NCBI GenBank assembly: GCA_905178155.1
Contig: CAJINV010000005.1
Coordinates: 5,917,754 to 5,981,753, forward strand
DNA: 64,000 bases
DNA from: Amoebophrya sp. A120
Lineage: Eukaryota; Protista; Dinoflagellata
Direction of reading: 5' to 3'
In this document: one piece after another, positions 1 to 12,352 of the stretch
Numbering within the stretch: position 1 is the stretch's first letter
Layout of the letters: each line of letters begins with the position of its first letter
Made by a program: the position numbers and the translations under genes
The notes under the pieces: generated by a model
Told to the model about the DNA's origin: nothing
Databases searched by the model: none
What the model saw: only the letters and a program-made list of their open reading frames with translations

Positions 1-945
1 TTGCAGTCCCTCGGGGGAGCGGGCTGGAGCTAGCATTTGCAGGAACTACCATCTGCAGTCCCTCGCGGGAGCTGGCAGACTTGTTGCGACCTGGCGCTGA
101 TTGGAGCGACCCTAACTGAATCTGCAAACAACATTTACAAGTGTGGAGGACCAGTTTAGGTCAACTTTCACTTTGGCAGCCTGCCTGCATCAACATCCAG
201 CGATGGCCCCAATCCGTATAGCTGCAGAAGATGAGTAAGACTAAGGGTAGTTCTTGCAGAACTTGAAGTAGATGATACGAGTGCGCAGCAGCGTACACGT
301 ACAATGACAGTAAGAAGTCTTCTACTAACTACGTATTCGGCAAGGCACTGTTTCCACTCTACTAAGCTGTCTAGTCTTGTCGTGTCGATCTGCGGCGCCA
401 AATGAATCTAGAAACCTTAAAGTGACCTAGATTCTTCACTCCCTTGAAGTCTGGGAACGGGGATTTTTCTCGTCACGATAGCACTACTTCGCTTAGTTCG
501 AGCTGCCTGCAATTGACTACGCCAGGGGTTTGGGACGTTGATCCACGCTGATACAGCTGCGGGCATTTTTATGGAAACAAAAAACGCTGCCTACAGCTAC
601 TCCAATGCACGTGCATGCGCAAAAAAGATTCTCCGGCGCACGAGAGAAAACGGAAACATTCCGGCGATGGCGATGGGTTTATTCTGTATGACATCGAGCT
701 TACTTCTGTTCTAATTCAGGCACTGGGATGGAGACCAAAGTAATAAAATGATCACGAGCGTGGCGAAAGTTATACACACTTCCACCGTTTCGGGTGTCAT
801 GAGTTTCTGCATGGAAAATCATTCTCATTCAGGCATGCCTGCGCATGGATGAGGATAACGATAAAGCCCAAACGTTAAAAAAATGATCAGCGTGCCGCGC
901 ATAATTCGCGCAACATCTATCTTCTACTGAACGTGAGCACTAGAC

Positions 946-2741
946 TTATATTTGACTCCTCGCCACAATGCCAAAATCCCTTCGCGAACGCGATAAGTTT
1001 CGTAGTTGTAGAGACAGCACTGCTCTTCGCTTTCGTAACCTCCCTTGCTTGACATCCTCCAACTTTTGCTCATAATGCTCGTCGGTGCGAAGTATTCGGG
1101 CGGTGCAGTAACCAGAACGCTCGTTGGCGGGCAGAATATCCTCGTCTGGGCGAACGCGAACAGCCTTTGTTGTATGACAGGGAAGGTATTTGAAGACATC
1201 TGTGCCAACGGAATGCTGATAATTATGGGATTCTCAAATGTCACATTCTCAACTGTTACATGAATTTGTCGTGCAAGAACAGCAAAAGTGAACGCGGGAA
1301 GATTGCGCGCTTTGCATTACAAATTTGGAGCGCATTCAGGTGGTGTTTAGCCCTTCGAGAATTTGTCATGCGAAGCACCTTGATCGTGTGGCGGCTTATG
1401 GTTATTTTGCATGACAAATCATGTAACTGCTGAGAATGTAACAGTTGAGAACGCCATAATAATACGTATTCTCTTTCATGTTCTTCTCGATGTAGGCTTT
1501 GACGTCTTCTCCTTCGCCGCAGCACCCTCCTTGCGGCAAGTTTTTCGAGGTCTCCTCAGAAACTTGAGCTGGAGCTGTCCGCCCTGCGGACGTCTCTCGA
1601 GGTGAAGGCTGTTCAGCAGGAGGTATTTTTTCGACATGATGATCATCGGGCGGGACGGGAGTAACTTTGCGACCCAACAACGTAGGAAAAGGAGTAGGAC
1701 ATAGCTCCGCCTCCGCAAAGGTACTGAAAGGCCCTCCTGCAGCGGGTGATCCTTGCGCCTGCCCTGGGGAGAGATCTTCATCGGGTGCTGCAGCCGTTCC
1801 TTCAGAACCACTCTGGAGCTCCCAAGTATCGCATTGAAGACACCACTCCCCAAAAGAGAAAAAACAACAGACAAGCACTGTCGACGCAATATAGATAGAT
1901 GATGGCGCAGGCGTGAGTGTTGAGTTGCAGAGGGCATCCAGGATTCATTGCCGATGTCTAAGATTGCATGTTTAAATTGATGCATCAAGAAGACAGCTCC
2001 AATGCAACACGAGTCGCATTATACAGAAAAATGAACGATATTTTTTTTTGAAAAAACAGATACAAGCTCACTTTCCTCCTTCTGCTGAACGTGGAGCGCT
2101 CAGTTTTCAATGTAATACCCTGGAGATAAACTCGCCAGCGACGAAGCCAGGTCGTGCGCCTCTCCCGCCCGACCACGTTGGGTCAAAGTTTCATCTCCTG
2201 TGAGGCTTTTGACAGCGGCCGCTGGAACCATCTCGCCTGCGGCCTGTGCGTCCTGCTCCGACAGCAATCCCGCATGATCCTCACCCGTCTGCAAAAAATC
2301 GGAATGCCCCCCAAGCGCGGTTTGGCTGCTTGCATCAGCATCCACTTGGTCGCTACTGGTCACGGAAGACAACGCCGAATGCAAGAAACTATTGTTGCGC
2401 TTCTTGTTCCCATGGTGGTGCCCATGACCATACCCTCCACCACGCCTTCTCTTCCTTCTGCCCCTGCTGCTTCCCATCCCGGACCGCCGCCCGGGCGCCT
2501 CCCCGGAATTCGCCATGGCGAGGCCAAACCGCGCGGCCATCGCTTGCTCGTACGCCATGGCTTGCTCGTCAGCTTCGTGATGCTCTTCGAGGAAAGCGTA
2601 CGGATCTTGTTGTTCGGGTTTTTCGTTTGCTGCTTTATTCGGGGTAGTTTTGGTTTTCCTCCTCTCGCCAGAAGCGGTGCTGTGTGGGGAGAGAAGGGCG
2701 GCGAACGCTGCCCGCGCGAGGTAAGTGCGTCTCGACATCAT
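946..2741 (-). CDS. Three-exon hypothetical protein of the modular (probably secreted) family; lacks the peptidase domain
   Basis: ORF 2100..2741 joins ORF 1402..1878 (LSPG|ELQSG) on removing 1827-2117+5 nt. It continues after 1224-1458+5 nt (ENTYY|QHSVGTDVFKYLPC) to TAA at 946-948. It shares GHSDFLQT...GEAHDLASSLASLSPG with the gene at 4956-9629. Start uncertain. Confidence 0.7.
1224..1458. mobile_element. Introner (IR-bounded non-canonical intron)
   Basis: TAT..ATA ends, roughly 55-bp imperfect IR, perfect TSD ataat/ataat; removing 240 nt keeps frame. Confidence 0.85.
1827..2117. mobile_element. Introner, same site as 8509-8810 in the duplicated module
   Basis: IR tatcgcattgaagac / gttttcaatgtaata; flanks ccaag/ccctg; removing 296 nt matches the ORF frame offset. 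Confidence 0.75.
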
Positions 2742-3388
2742 CAGCGGGGACAGCGTCGTGGTAGTAGACGACCAGCTAGTAGCAGGTTGGTTGTCGGCCG
2801 GAAATAAACCAACTAGAACTTGATGCTGATCGCCGTCCTGCCACTGCTACTGTATTTGTTCAATGCAGCTGATGCGGCACCTAGAAAAAGTTGGAGGCTT
2901 TGCTTAGTTGTAATGAAAACGCGAGTCGTGGTGGTCGTCCAGGTGGCCACTCAGATCATGCCGGGACATGTTCTTTGTTGGAACACACTGCCGAACTGAA
3001 ACAGAAGAAGGTGGGTCAACAGAAATCCAAATCTCGAGGTGCAGCTTGAGCTTATAAATATTTGCCTCAACCTCGCCGGGGTCAAATAAATCAAAAGTCG
3101 GAAAACCGTAAAATACTGAGGTGGGGCGAGTTCGAGCCTGATTTTCATATTTTCATTAAGAAATGCAGTTTTTATCTTGTCGTTGTTACTTGAACTTGAT
3201 GAGAGGTTGCCAGGAAACTATTCTATCGTATCGATACCATCAACGAAGGACCGAAGTAGAGCAGCTTAGGCGCCACGCACTGGCACTACACGACCGACCG
3301 CCGATATGGAATAATACGCAACGGCAAACGACCCATTGGAGGGTTGATACTAATGTAGAAGTACAGTACCGCTTTTGCTTTTGGTGTT

Positions 3389-4395
3389 GATGCACGTCAA
3401 CGCGAGCTGCACGACAAGGTTGCAAGTTATCTCAAACCTAAGCGGCGCATAACATGCATTTTAGCTCAATTCTAACTAATTTCTAAAGGATTGACTTTTG
3501 CAGTTTTCAGGTGCGCAGCAGGCCCCTGCAGTAGTGCTCAAAAGGCCTGACACCTTGCCGCGCCGCCACTGCATAGCGATCGCAAAACGAAGCGCAGGAT
3601 ACCTCAGAGGGTCCCTTTCGAAGCGGCGCGTGGGGGCCAAAAAGGTGCCCGAGCTCCGGCTTTTTCACGAACTGGCAGCGCATTGGCGTGGCATTGCAGG
3701 GCTGTAGATGGTGGGTCTAAGAAGAGGGGGGCGGGGCTCTGTCGCGCCCCTCCCCGCAAGCTATTGCTTACCTGCGGCACAGAGCCAGGGCTCAGGCGCT
3801 GCAACTGCGAATTCGGGCCCAGGGGCAGAGGGAAGGTGCCACGCAAGTGGGCTCGCGCGGCTACTAGACAGGGCACGAACGGCGAGGGCGGGGCGCATTG
3901 AAAAACAATGAGCCCGACGGGATGACGCGCCAGACTCGAATACATGTTACAAGAGGCAGAGGTCAACGACTGGCAGTCGGAGTATTCATTTGATGGACAT
4001 TGAAAATTCCAAGAGCAAGAATTTCAAAGGTCCATCAAACGTCCATCAAAATCAAAAAAAAGGTCCATCAAAAATCCAAACCCCTAGTCAGAAGAAGGTT
4101 TGACTTTGATGGACATCTGATGGACCCAAGATGCATTTTCTGATTCGAAATTAGAAGGCCCATCCCGGGTTTTCGGGCAATTTCAAACACTTATCAAGAA
4201 ATCGGACCAATTTCAAACACTTATCAAGAAATCAGACCAATTTCAAACACTTATCAAGGATCCCGGGCACATTTCTAAAGCTTATCAGACCCCCAAAAGT
4301 GAACGCCACACACCCCCCTGAGAGCTCTCTCGCTACCAAACATAACTTATTCCCGAAGATGCACGTCAACGGAGCTGCACGACAAGGTTGCAAGT
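3389..4395. mobile_element. Intergenic ~930-bp segment between 38-39-bp direct repeats
   Basis: gatgcacgtcaacg(c)gagctgcacgacaaggttgcaagt at 3389-3427 and 4358-4395; the interior carries gtccatc/gatggac motifs and a 30-bp tandem array. Confidence 0.5.
4178..4287. repeat. 30-bp tandem repeat, about 3.5 copies
   Basis: caatttcaaacacttatcaagaaatc(g/a)gac at 4178, 4208 and 4238, plus a degenerate copy near 4269. Confidence 0.9.
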
Positions 4396-4955
4396 AAAAC
4401 TCGTACGACACCGAGTATTAGAAGAGAGAAACTGGAAAATAAGCGTGTCTAACAATAACATACCGAAATCTTATTGTCTGAACGATGTTGTTGTTGACTT
4501 GAAGACGATAAGTGGTGCTAAAAAAGGCCCGCGGTCATAATTGGTTCTTGGACTTCAATTTCATAGATAATGATAGTACGACCGATATAAATTTCGCGCT
4601 GTTCTCTCACGAGCCGCGCACGCCACAATCTCGGCACGGTGTGGCTGTGCAGCGAGGCTGGAAACACAGTTAGCGATTGTATTTTAAGTAAGTACTTGTT
4701 AGGACGTATTCTGGACGAGAGACTGAAAGCGAAACTACGAAGAACGCCTGGATAGAAGACCGAGCTTGCGGACTTGTCTACGCTGTACCAGTGCTGAACG
4801 CCAATACAGCGACTACATCTACATGATATTGTGCTACTACATCTTTAAAAGATGAAAAGGGTTTAGTTTTGTGATGCGTTCTCGTGCGACAGAAGTTGCA
4901 ACGCTCGCTGCGTTGCATGCTCGCTGCCCCAGATCGCGTTGCATGCTCGCTGCGT

Positions 4956-7900
4956 TCACCGGCCGGAACCAGTGCCGGGGCAAGTAGAAGCATGGTCCTC
5001 GAGGTATCTTTCCAGCCTGTCGCGATCCGACGTCAAGTCGCGTTTTTCTTTTTCTGCGTCCTCAAGCTTCCAAAAAGCATCTAGCGCGCGCGCCTCTTCC
5101 TTGGAACAATCTTCCAGCGCCTTAATATCCACCGCACTCTGCACAACGGGCTGTAGAATTTGAGCAACACGCTCAGCGTCCGTCAGCCTTTGTTTTACTT
5201 TGGAAAGCCTCCTGTCCTTCAGCTTGCACTTGTGCGCTGCCAAACGCGATCCCCCCACGTTCCAGACCATAAGCTCCTTCCCAGTCGTACCGGCGCCCGT
5301 CTGCCCTTGTGGCACCCCCCCAAAATACTGCACATATCTGTCTTCGCGCTGCCGGGGGGTCCAAGGAACGACTGCGGCTGTCTGCTCTACGATTCCCCGC
5401 ACGCGTTCAGCTGCACGGCCGACGCCGCGCGACATCTGGCTCACATTCCACAGCTCCTCGTCGTTCGTCCGCCAAAGATTGGCCAGATCGTTGACGAAAT
5501 GCTGGCAATTGCGCCAGCATAGCCAATAACCCGATTTTTTTTTCTTTTTCTTTTTTTCGCTAAGCTGCCCATTAGCTTTAGGCTTAGCACCATATCCGAG
5601 CGCCTCCCCCAGTTGTTCCACCACCGACGCAATTTTCTTTAGGGAGACTCTGTGGCCGCCGCCTTCATCCTTGGGTATGTGCAAGTTCGTGGCGAGCAGC
5701 ACAAACGAACTCCAATCCACTTCGACCTCGCGCACGGCGTTTCCTACATCTTTCGCGAAACGGTCGACCTCATTTAGCAATAAACTTACCATTCCCTCAA
5801 AAGCCGTCGCTCGTTCCTTCTTCAGCCCCTCTTTGTCATCAGATGTCAGCTTCCACGACGCCGGCGACCAGCTTTCGAGCTTCTGCTTTGCAGTCTCGTA
5901 CTGTTCGGCATGCTCCTTGAGCACTTGTCTTCTGTTTTCGCTGAGTTCTGATAGAGTGTTGTCATCATCGGACACATGACCGAGAGCAATTTTACGATAG
6001 TTTGCGAGGACCTCGCCCGCCTTTTCGTAGACGTAGGGCTTGCATGTGGAAGACTCGAAAACGGCGATCTTCGGCGAATTCCACACCAGCTGAGGTCGAT
6101 CGACAATCCATCCGTCTGGTCCAAACTCGGCAACCACGACCTCCTCAAGGCGCTTCTCTGGCTCCGTAAGTGGTTCGGCGCCGGGAGCTCTGGCTGGGGT
6201 AAACGTAACGTAGAAATGCTCTATACCTAGACCCATTATACGACACATTTTGGCACGGATTTCCGTGATCGCGTCGGTGGAGATTTCCTGGTCCCACTCG
6301 TTCGTAAATGTGTTGCCCTTTCGCTGGCCGACGTCTCCTCCAGCAAAAAAGGCCGTGAGGTGTTGCCACACTGTTGGCGCCACGTCTACGACATCAACAC
6401 CCGGCGGTGGGTACTCGTCGAGAACCCTGTCGTGCACGGCATCGCGCTTCTCGTCTGTTGTTTTCACACTCTGGACCTGCGGGAGGCCGCCCGAGTTTGG
6501 ACTCAACAATGGCAACCGTGGCATTGTTGAGTCCACGCCCACGCCCAACGAGTTTTTCTGTGTAAAAGAGGGACCGCTCAGCTGCGACGATTCGTGTGTC
6601 GCAACATTTCCTTCTTCACCCATAGCGTAGTCCCCGAGACTACTTCCAGCAACTCCCGGCAGAGGGGCTCTCTCGTTCAATTGGGTTTGAGTTTTTTGTC
6701 GGTCTACTTCGGGTGCTTCTTGATGTGCTTCTGCTTTTTCTACTTGCATCTGTTCTCCTCCGACGCGTTCTTGCGTCTCACCTGCACCCAACCTTTCCCC
6801 AACGGGAATTCCTCTCCTGCCGGGATTCGTGTTTCTCTTTGTCTTTTCCGGCTCTTCTGAAGCAGGTTCTGCGTCATATCTTCCAGTGCCACTTGTTTCC
6901 GTTTTCGTTTGCAGCGTCACGCTGCCTGTTTGCCTCATTTGTCCTGCATCCAATTTCACAAGCTCAGTTTGTTCATCTTCAACACCGGTCTTACTTTCGA
7001 AGTGCGGATCAGCCTGAGCCTCATATGCAGTGCAAATGCGTCGTCGTCCATTTCCATCCTCATTATCTAGAAACGAAATTTGCAAATTAACAGGCCCGCC
7101 AAGAAGACGACGCCCGGTCAATGTTTTTTTCAGCTGCTCGACGTCCGTCTTGTACTTGCTTACTAGTAGTTTTTAAGAGCACGAGCTGTCATTTTATTTA
7201 CTTTTTTCGCGAGCGTGATCATCATGAGAGAGCAAAAAATAAAAAAAGAAGTTGTACTATAGTGCGGTCTGTGCCTGCTGCACCACATGCCAGCCTGACA
7301 ACAGTTTCCGTTCGACGAGGACCTGAAATTGACCCATAACAAAAATGCGCAACAAGTGAACTCGATTACGCCCCCAAAGCTGTAGTATCCACTTATCATC
7401 TGTAAAAGTAAGCTCGGACTGTGCAGCTACAATTGACGGCGTTTGGGATATTCTTTGGAGGTAGAGAAGTTCCACCTCCTCCTGCAGTAGTTGAACTAAA
7501 GGTATACGTCATATTTGCACTGCATACACGACAGCCCTCAAGGTGCGCGAGAGGTATGCCTTGGTCTTCAGGACGTGCTTTTTGGGTAGGGACATCTCCT
7601 CCCGTCAAAACCCCAGCGTCTGCTGCTTTCTCCACATCACGAGCTTGTCCTTGTCCATGTTGATCTTCGGAGGTTCCTTCGAGCTTGAGAAAGGACTGGT
7701 GGGAGTCGTCCTTTTTGTCGTCCGCTGGTAGTTGTTCCACAGGGGCTTCCACTCCGTCCGGGATCAGCTTCAACATGTTGTGTGGCGTAGGAAATTGTAA
7801 CGACGGCACTTCTTTTCCTATCCACTGCAAACGCGTCAACGGGTTCGGGGTCCCAACGAGCCGCTTGCTGACATTGCAAGCTCGTGAAGATGCTGGTATT

Positions 7901-9629
7901 TGTATATGGTATTATTAACCATGGATCAGGATAAGTCTGCGAAGACTTCTAATTGTCATCCCTCAAGAGGATGAGCGAAGGCTCTCCATGTTTTGCCCCG
8001 GGAAGCGAACGGGTATCAACATCTGTCATGCGGGATAAGCATCTTCAGGCTCGGGGTCGGGTATGAATAAGATGCGCATGACAAAGGATGTTCGCACATG
8101 GTTTACTCCCAGCTTAGAAGAAGACTAAAGGTTTGCAGTGGATATTCAGATTCGCCCCAACTGCACTTGTACTTCCGGCGACCGCAACATTGTCTGCTTG
8201 TTGTACTTGCAGAGCAGAGTGGTCAGCAGAGCCAGCCTGCCCGCCTTGCGCTCCCGCGTGGCTTTCCTGAGTCGGGATCAACTTCAGCATGTTGTGCGGC
8301 GTCGGAAATTGCAAAGAAGGTTTTTCCTGATCCTGAGCGGAACCTCCAGAACGCCCTCGTGTGAGCGTAGTTTTCGTTTCGTCATGATCCTCGTCTTCTT
8401 GTTGTACTGCTTGCAGAAATAAAGGCAGCTTTTTCCGCAGCGTGCTGTCGCGCTGAAGCTGCTCGAGTCGAGCATCTCCCTTCCGCAGGGAGGAAGATTC
8501 TTCCCAAGTATCGCATTGAAGACGCGGTCCTCCCCACATCAGAAAACAGAAGAGAGGAATACTGTGGCCCCCTTCTTGTCGCTACAAGAATAAAAGGAGT
8601 AGCAGGGCGGGTGCGGAATCGGAATCACACGCCACAAATATGGTGATTTGCGGATCATTCGGATTCGTGAAACGCAAGAATTATGCAGATCCAGATTCAT
8701 CATATCAAGATTAAAATGCTCAATTTTACGAATGGAAAAACGCAACTCTCACGAACTCATTTTTCTGTTCCAATCCTTCAAAAGTTGAGCGCTCAGTTTC
8801 CAATGTGATACCCTGGAGACAAACTCGCCAGCGACGAAGCCAGATCGTGCGCCTCTCCTGCCCACCCGTATTGTCTGGTAGAAGTTTCATCTGCGAAGCC
8901 CTTGGAAGCGGCCGTTGGAGCCATCTCGCTTGCGGGCTCCTCCTGCTCCGAGAGCAATCCCGCAGCCGCACCCGTCTGCAAAAAATCGGAATGCCCAAAT
9001 AACGCAGTTTGGCTGGTGTTCACATCGGGATCGCCATGATCCGAGTGGTCGCTTGTCGAGGATACGTGTGTGAAAGAAGCGAAAAACGCGGCGGCTGATT
9101 GTTCCACTCCGGAGCGGAGGGCGGTCCAGAGCTCTGTCGCAGTAACATTTGTCGTGCTGTTTTGGTCCTGTGTCCGGTTGTTCGGCGTGTAGTAGATTAC
9201 CGTCTCCGGGTCTTTCAGGAACAGCCACTCCGGCAGCGCGTCGAAGAAGCCAGTACTTCCACCGAACCCCTGTTCCATCAGATGGGACTGCTCATTGTGT
9301 AGTTCCAGGAACGAAGTTGAACTAGAACTGCTGCTCGAGGACGCCGCGTTCTGTTCCGCCTCCGCCACTGCGTCAACAGCATCGTTTTGGTCGTCATTTC
9401 CAACACCGGCCTCGTCTCCTGCTCCAACTGGAGGTGTTGTTGTGCCACCACCTCGTCCACCCCCCTGGGCGAATCCGGATGCGCCGAATGCCGCGCCGCC
9501 CGGATAATTCGAATTCCCGCTATAATTTTCCACCCGGCCGACCACGTCGCCCTTCTCGTCCAGCAATTCTAAAACGAGTTCGTTTGGCGCCAAAAATTTC
9601 GTCGCGTCCCGTTTCCAAGTTTTTCTCAC
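4956..9629 (-). CDS. Multi-exon protein with C-terminal PPPDE/LRAT-like permuted papain-fold peptidase domain (paralogue A)
   Basis: ORFs 8793..9629, 8114..8539, 7396..7839 and 4956..7121 fuse in frame after removing three introners. Motifs EHFYVTFTP...VVVAEF and YWLCWRNCQHFVNDL. 5' end unresolved (may extend to ~10000). Confidence 0.75.
7024..7526. mobile_element. Introner, 503 bp; reads GT..AG in the inferred splice register
   Basis: Perfect 14-bp IR tatgcagtgcaaat; degenerate flanks cctca/cacga; removing 508 nt matches the frame offset. Confidence 0.75.
7819..8144. mobile_element. Introner, homologous to 49847-50130
   Basis: Perfect 14-bp IR tatccactgcaaac; flanks tttcc/ttcag; removing 331 nt gives GANL|KEVPSLQF. 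Confidence 0.8.
8509..8810. mobile_element. Introner, same site as 1827-2117
   Basis: IR tatcgcattgaagac / gtttccaatgtgata; flanks ccaag/ccctg; removing 307 nt matches the frame offset. Confidence 0.75.
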
Positions 9630-12352
9630 TCTTCTTTTCAGCTGCGGAGGAGTCGCGGTGGTTAAAGTTGATATAATTTTCTGCGATTCTCATTCTTTTA
9701 TCGTTGCAGCGCCCTCCGTGTCGTCCGGTGCGGAGGTGATCGTGCTTGTACTCGTCTCCTGCTCTCGTTCCGCATCAATTGTGTTCGTCGTTGTAGTTCG
9801 GACACGCATCGCCATTAGGAGGCGAAATTGCGCCAAGAAGTGCGGCGCGAGGGCGCGGAAGAACCTGGTGAAAGATTTCCGCCGCATTGCCCGTTGTTCT
9901 CCGCCGGTTTTCTTCTTCAGTTTTTGGATGGCGAGTCTTCCTTTCCTCGTGAGTCGACGCAATTGATGTGCGGGGGGGGGGGGCCAATGCGTAATCAGAA
10001 ACGGAGGCAAAAGCTGCAAAACGCTCTAGGAGCTCTACTAACTGTATCACGACAGGAGCGAGTTCAAATAAGTACTTACAAAAAAAAATGCCACGACAGG
10101 GAAAAATATAAATGAAAAAAATTATGTTGCGTAGAATAGAATCACTGGGCTTCTGGATCTGGTGCGTGCAGTCTGGTGCCGAGGAAACTACGGGGTCGAG
10201 ACATGGCTCTCGAGGGTTCGGGAGCCTGAGATTCATGGGCAAGGGATCTTTTTCTTTGATATTAGCAAATTGCCTTGCTACGGGAGATATGAACAGCCGA
10301 CAGTAGTTCATCAAACATCGCCATCCAGCACGTCGGTGGACGAAACAAAACTACACATAAAACGAACTACCACGACACCGATCCTCCACTACCACACCGA
10401 GCCAAGACGGAATCACGAGATGAACGACAGGCACGTAGTGCTGGCACAAAAAGTAAAAGACGAGCAGATCATGAGAAGATTATCAAAGGCGCGAAACCGA
10501 AAGCAACATCACCGAGAAAAAAAATACAAGCTGACGCTTCTGACGTTGTTCTTTACTTGGTCATTACTAAGACCTCAGTGTACTACTAGTACTAGAAGGT
10601 TCGGACGTTAGCGTTACGAATTTTGCTGAAGATGGCGAAACTAGAAATTGGAATGCGGCGATTCGTTAGTGACTACTGGACGACGGGAATTTCAAACGAG
10701 CGGACGAACGTCGAGAATAACGTCTCGTGGTTGTACGAAAGGAAACGAAACATGCCTGCTTTCCGAAGAAAAAAACATCGCGGTGTAGCAGCTACGATTT
10801 CGTTTTCGAGAACAACTACAAGCAGTCACGAGAAAGTTGTGTGTAGTACCGCCGCTACTTGCGGCGGTCTTCACCTCCAGCAACCAAAATAGTAGTCAAT
10901 AAAGCAGCGAGAACTAACATCACCATCACTGATGTTGCTTTAAGTCTTTGATATCATGCTCCTTTTGCTTCTACATCTACAAGGGAGGAGGTCATCATGA
11001 CGATCCTTTTACTACTTTGTCTTTCCGTCGTGTAGTTTTGGTTTTTCGTCGCTACTCAGAATCATATACATGGTTTTGGTCTTTTGCAAATTATAGTGTA
11101 GCTGTTCGGGTGAAGAGCGTGAGCGCTGGGACCAAACTGAAGAAGTCGCTCTTGTGTGCTAGTGCAATCATAAAATCAATACAGTGAATGAGACTTTTTG
11201 GTGGAGGCACGTCGTATTGTAAATGTTTAAAGAACTATGACTATAGTCTTTTTTTTCGCGCCTAAAAACTGATAGAAACGGTGCGGCTCTCTCTAGTGCT
11301 CTTCTTGTGAAGATGCTTCTGCTTCATAAAAATCTTCATAAGTACTTCTTTTTGTTCTCGTCCCTTCTAGAATCATGGCTCCCCTTTTATTTAGTCTTAC
11401 ACTTCATGTTCACTTATTTCTTTGGACGGTAAAATTAGTGCACTCCTCGGCCAGCATTCAACTCTTTCAATTTGCATTTTCAGCATCTTCCGAAAGGGTG
11501 GTCATGGCTCTTGATGTTGTTTGATTTTTTCGCTCTAATTATTTTCTCGGACAGCAATAAAGCCAGCCTGTTGCTGCAACGAAGGCTACAGCTTCTCCAT
11601 CCCTATGGGAGTAGACGCTGTGTGTTGCACTTGCAGAGCGGTGGCGCTCTGTATGATAGGCTCATGTAGTATACGGCTGAGTATAGATCGCATGTGATGC
11701 GTAGGAAACGGCGACTCAGCGGCTTGATTCAAGCGTCATCTTGAATTTATTCTACACATATTACTTCAAACTTCTTTTTAAGGCATTTCATATCATACTA
11801 CATTCTGCTCTACACATACAAGATACCTGCATAGAAGGAATGGCAACCGCGTTATGCCGTCTTGGTCTTTGAGGCTGCGCTCGATGGATGCCGCCATTCT
11901 TCTGCAACAAGGAACAGAGCCTCAGCCTATTTATTATTCTGACTATCGTACAGCTATCCTGTTCTTGCGTCCTTCAAGAGCGCAGTGGTCAGCTTCAAAG
12001 TTCAAGGGATTTCTGGACGAGGCGATACTACGCCCAGTCATATTTTTTACGCTATTCTACAAATCAGTTGCGCTCGCTCCTGGTGTCCACAATTTTCGAA
12101 CGTTGAAGAAGATAAGTAGGCGTAATCAACATTGAAGAAGACTGAAGAATCCCGTCCTTCAGCTTCACATCACTTCGTCTTGTTGTGCTGGCCACTTAAT
12201 AAATTCAAATACTGTAGGCGTCGTCGTGTTGTAGACCCATTTTTTCAATGAGGAGTTTATTATTTCCATCTTGATCTTCCTTGCTCAAAAAATTTTATAA
12301 AATTCGTGCTTCTTTTTTATCTTACAGCAAGCTGCCTGCTGCTCCTTTTTCC

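Noticed and set aside
4178-4287. 30-bp repeats as a CRISPR array
   Set aside because: Head-to-tail copies without unique spacers, no cas genes, and a eukaryotic context
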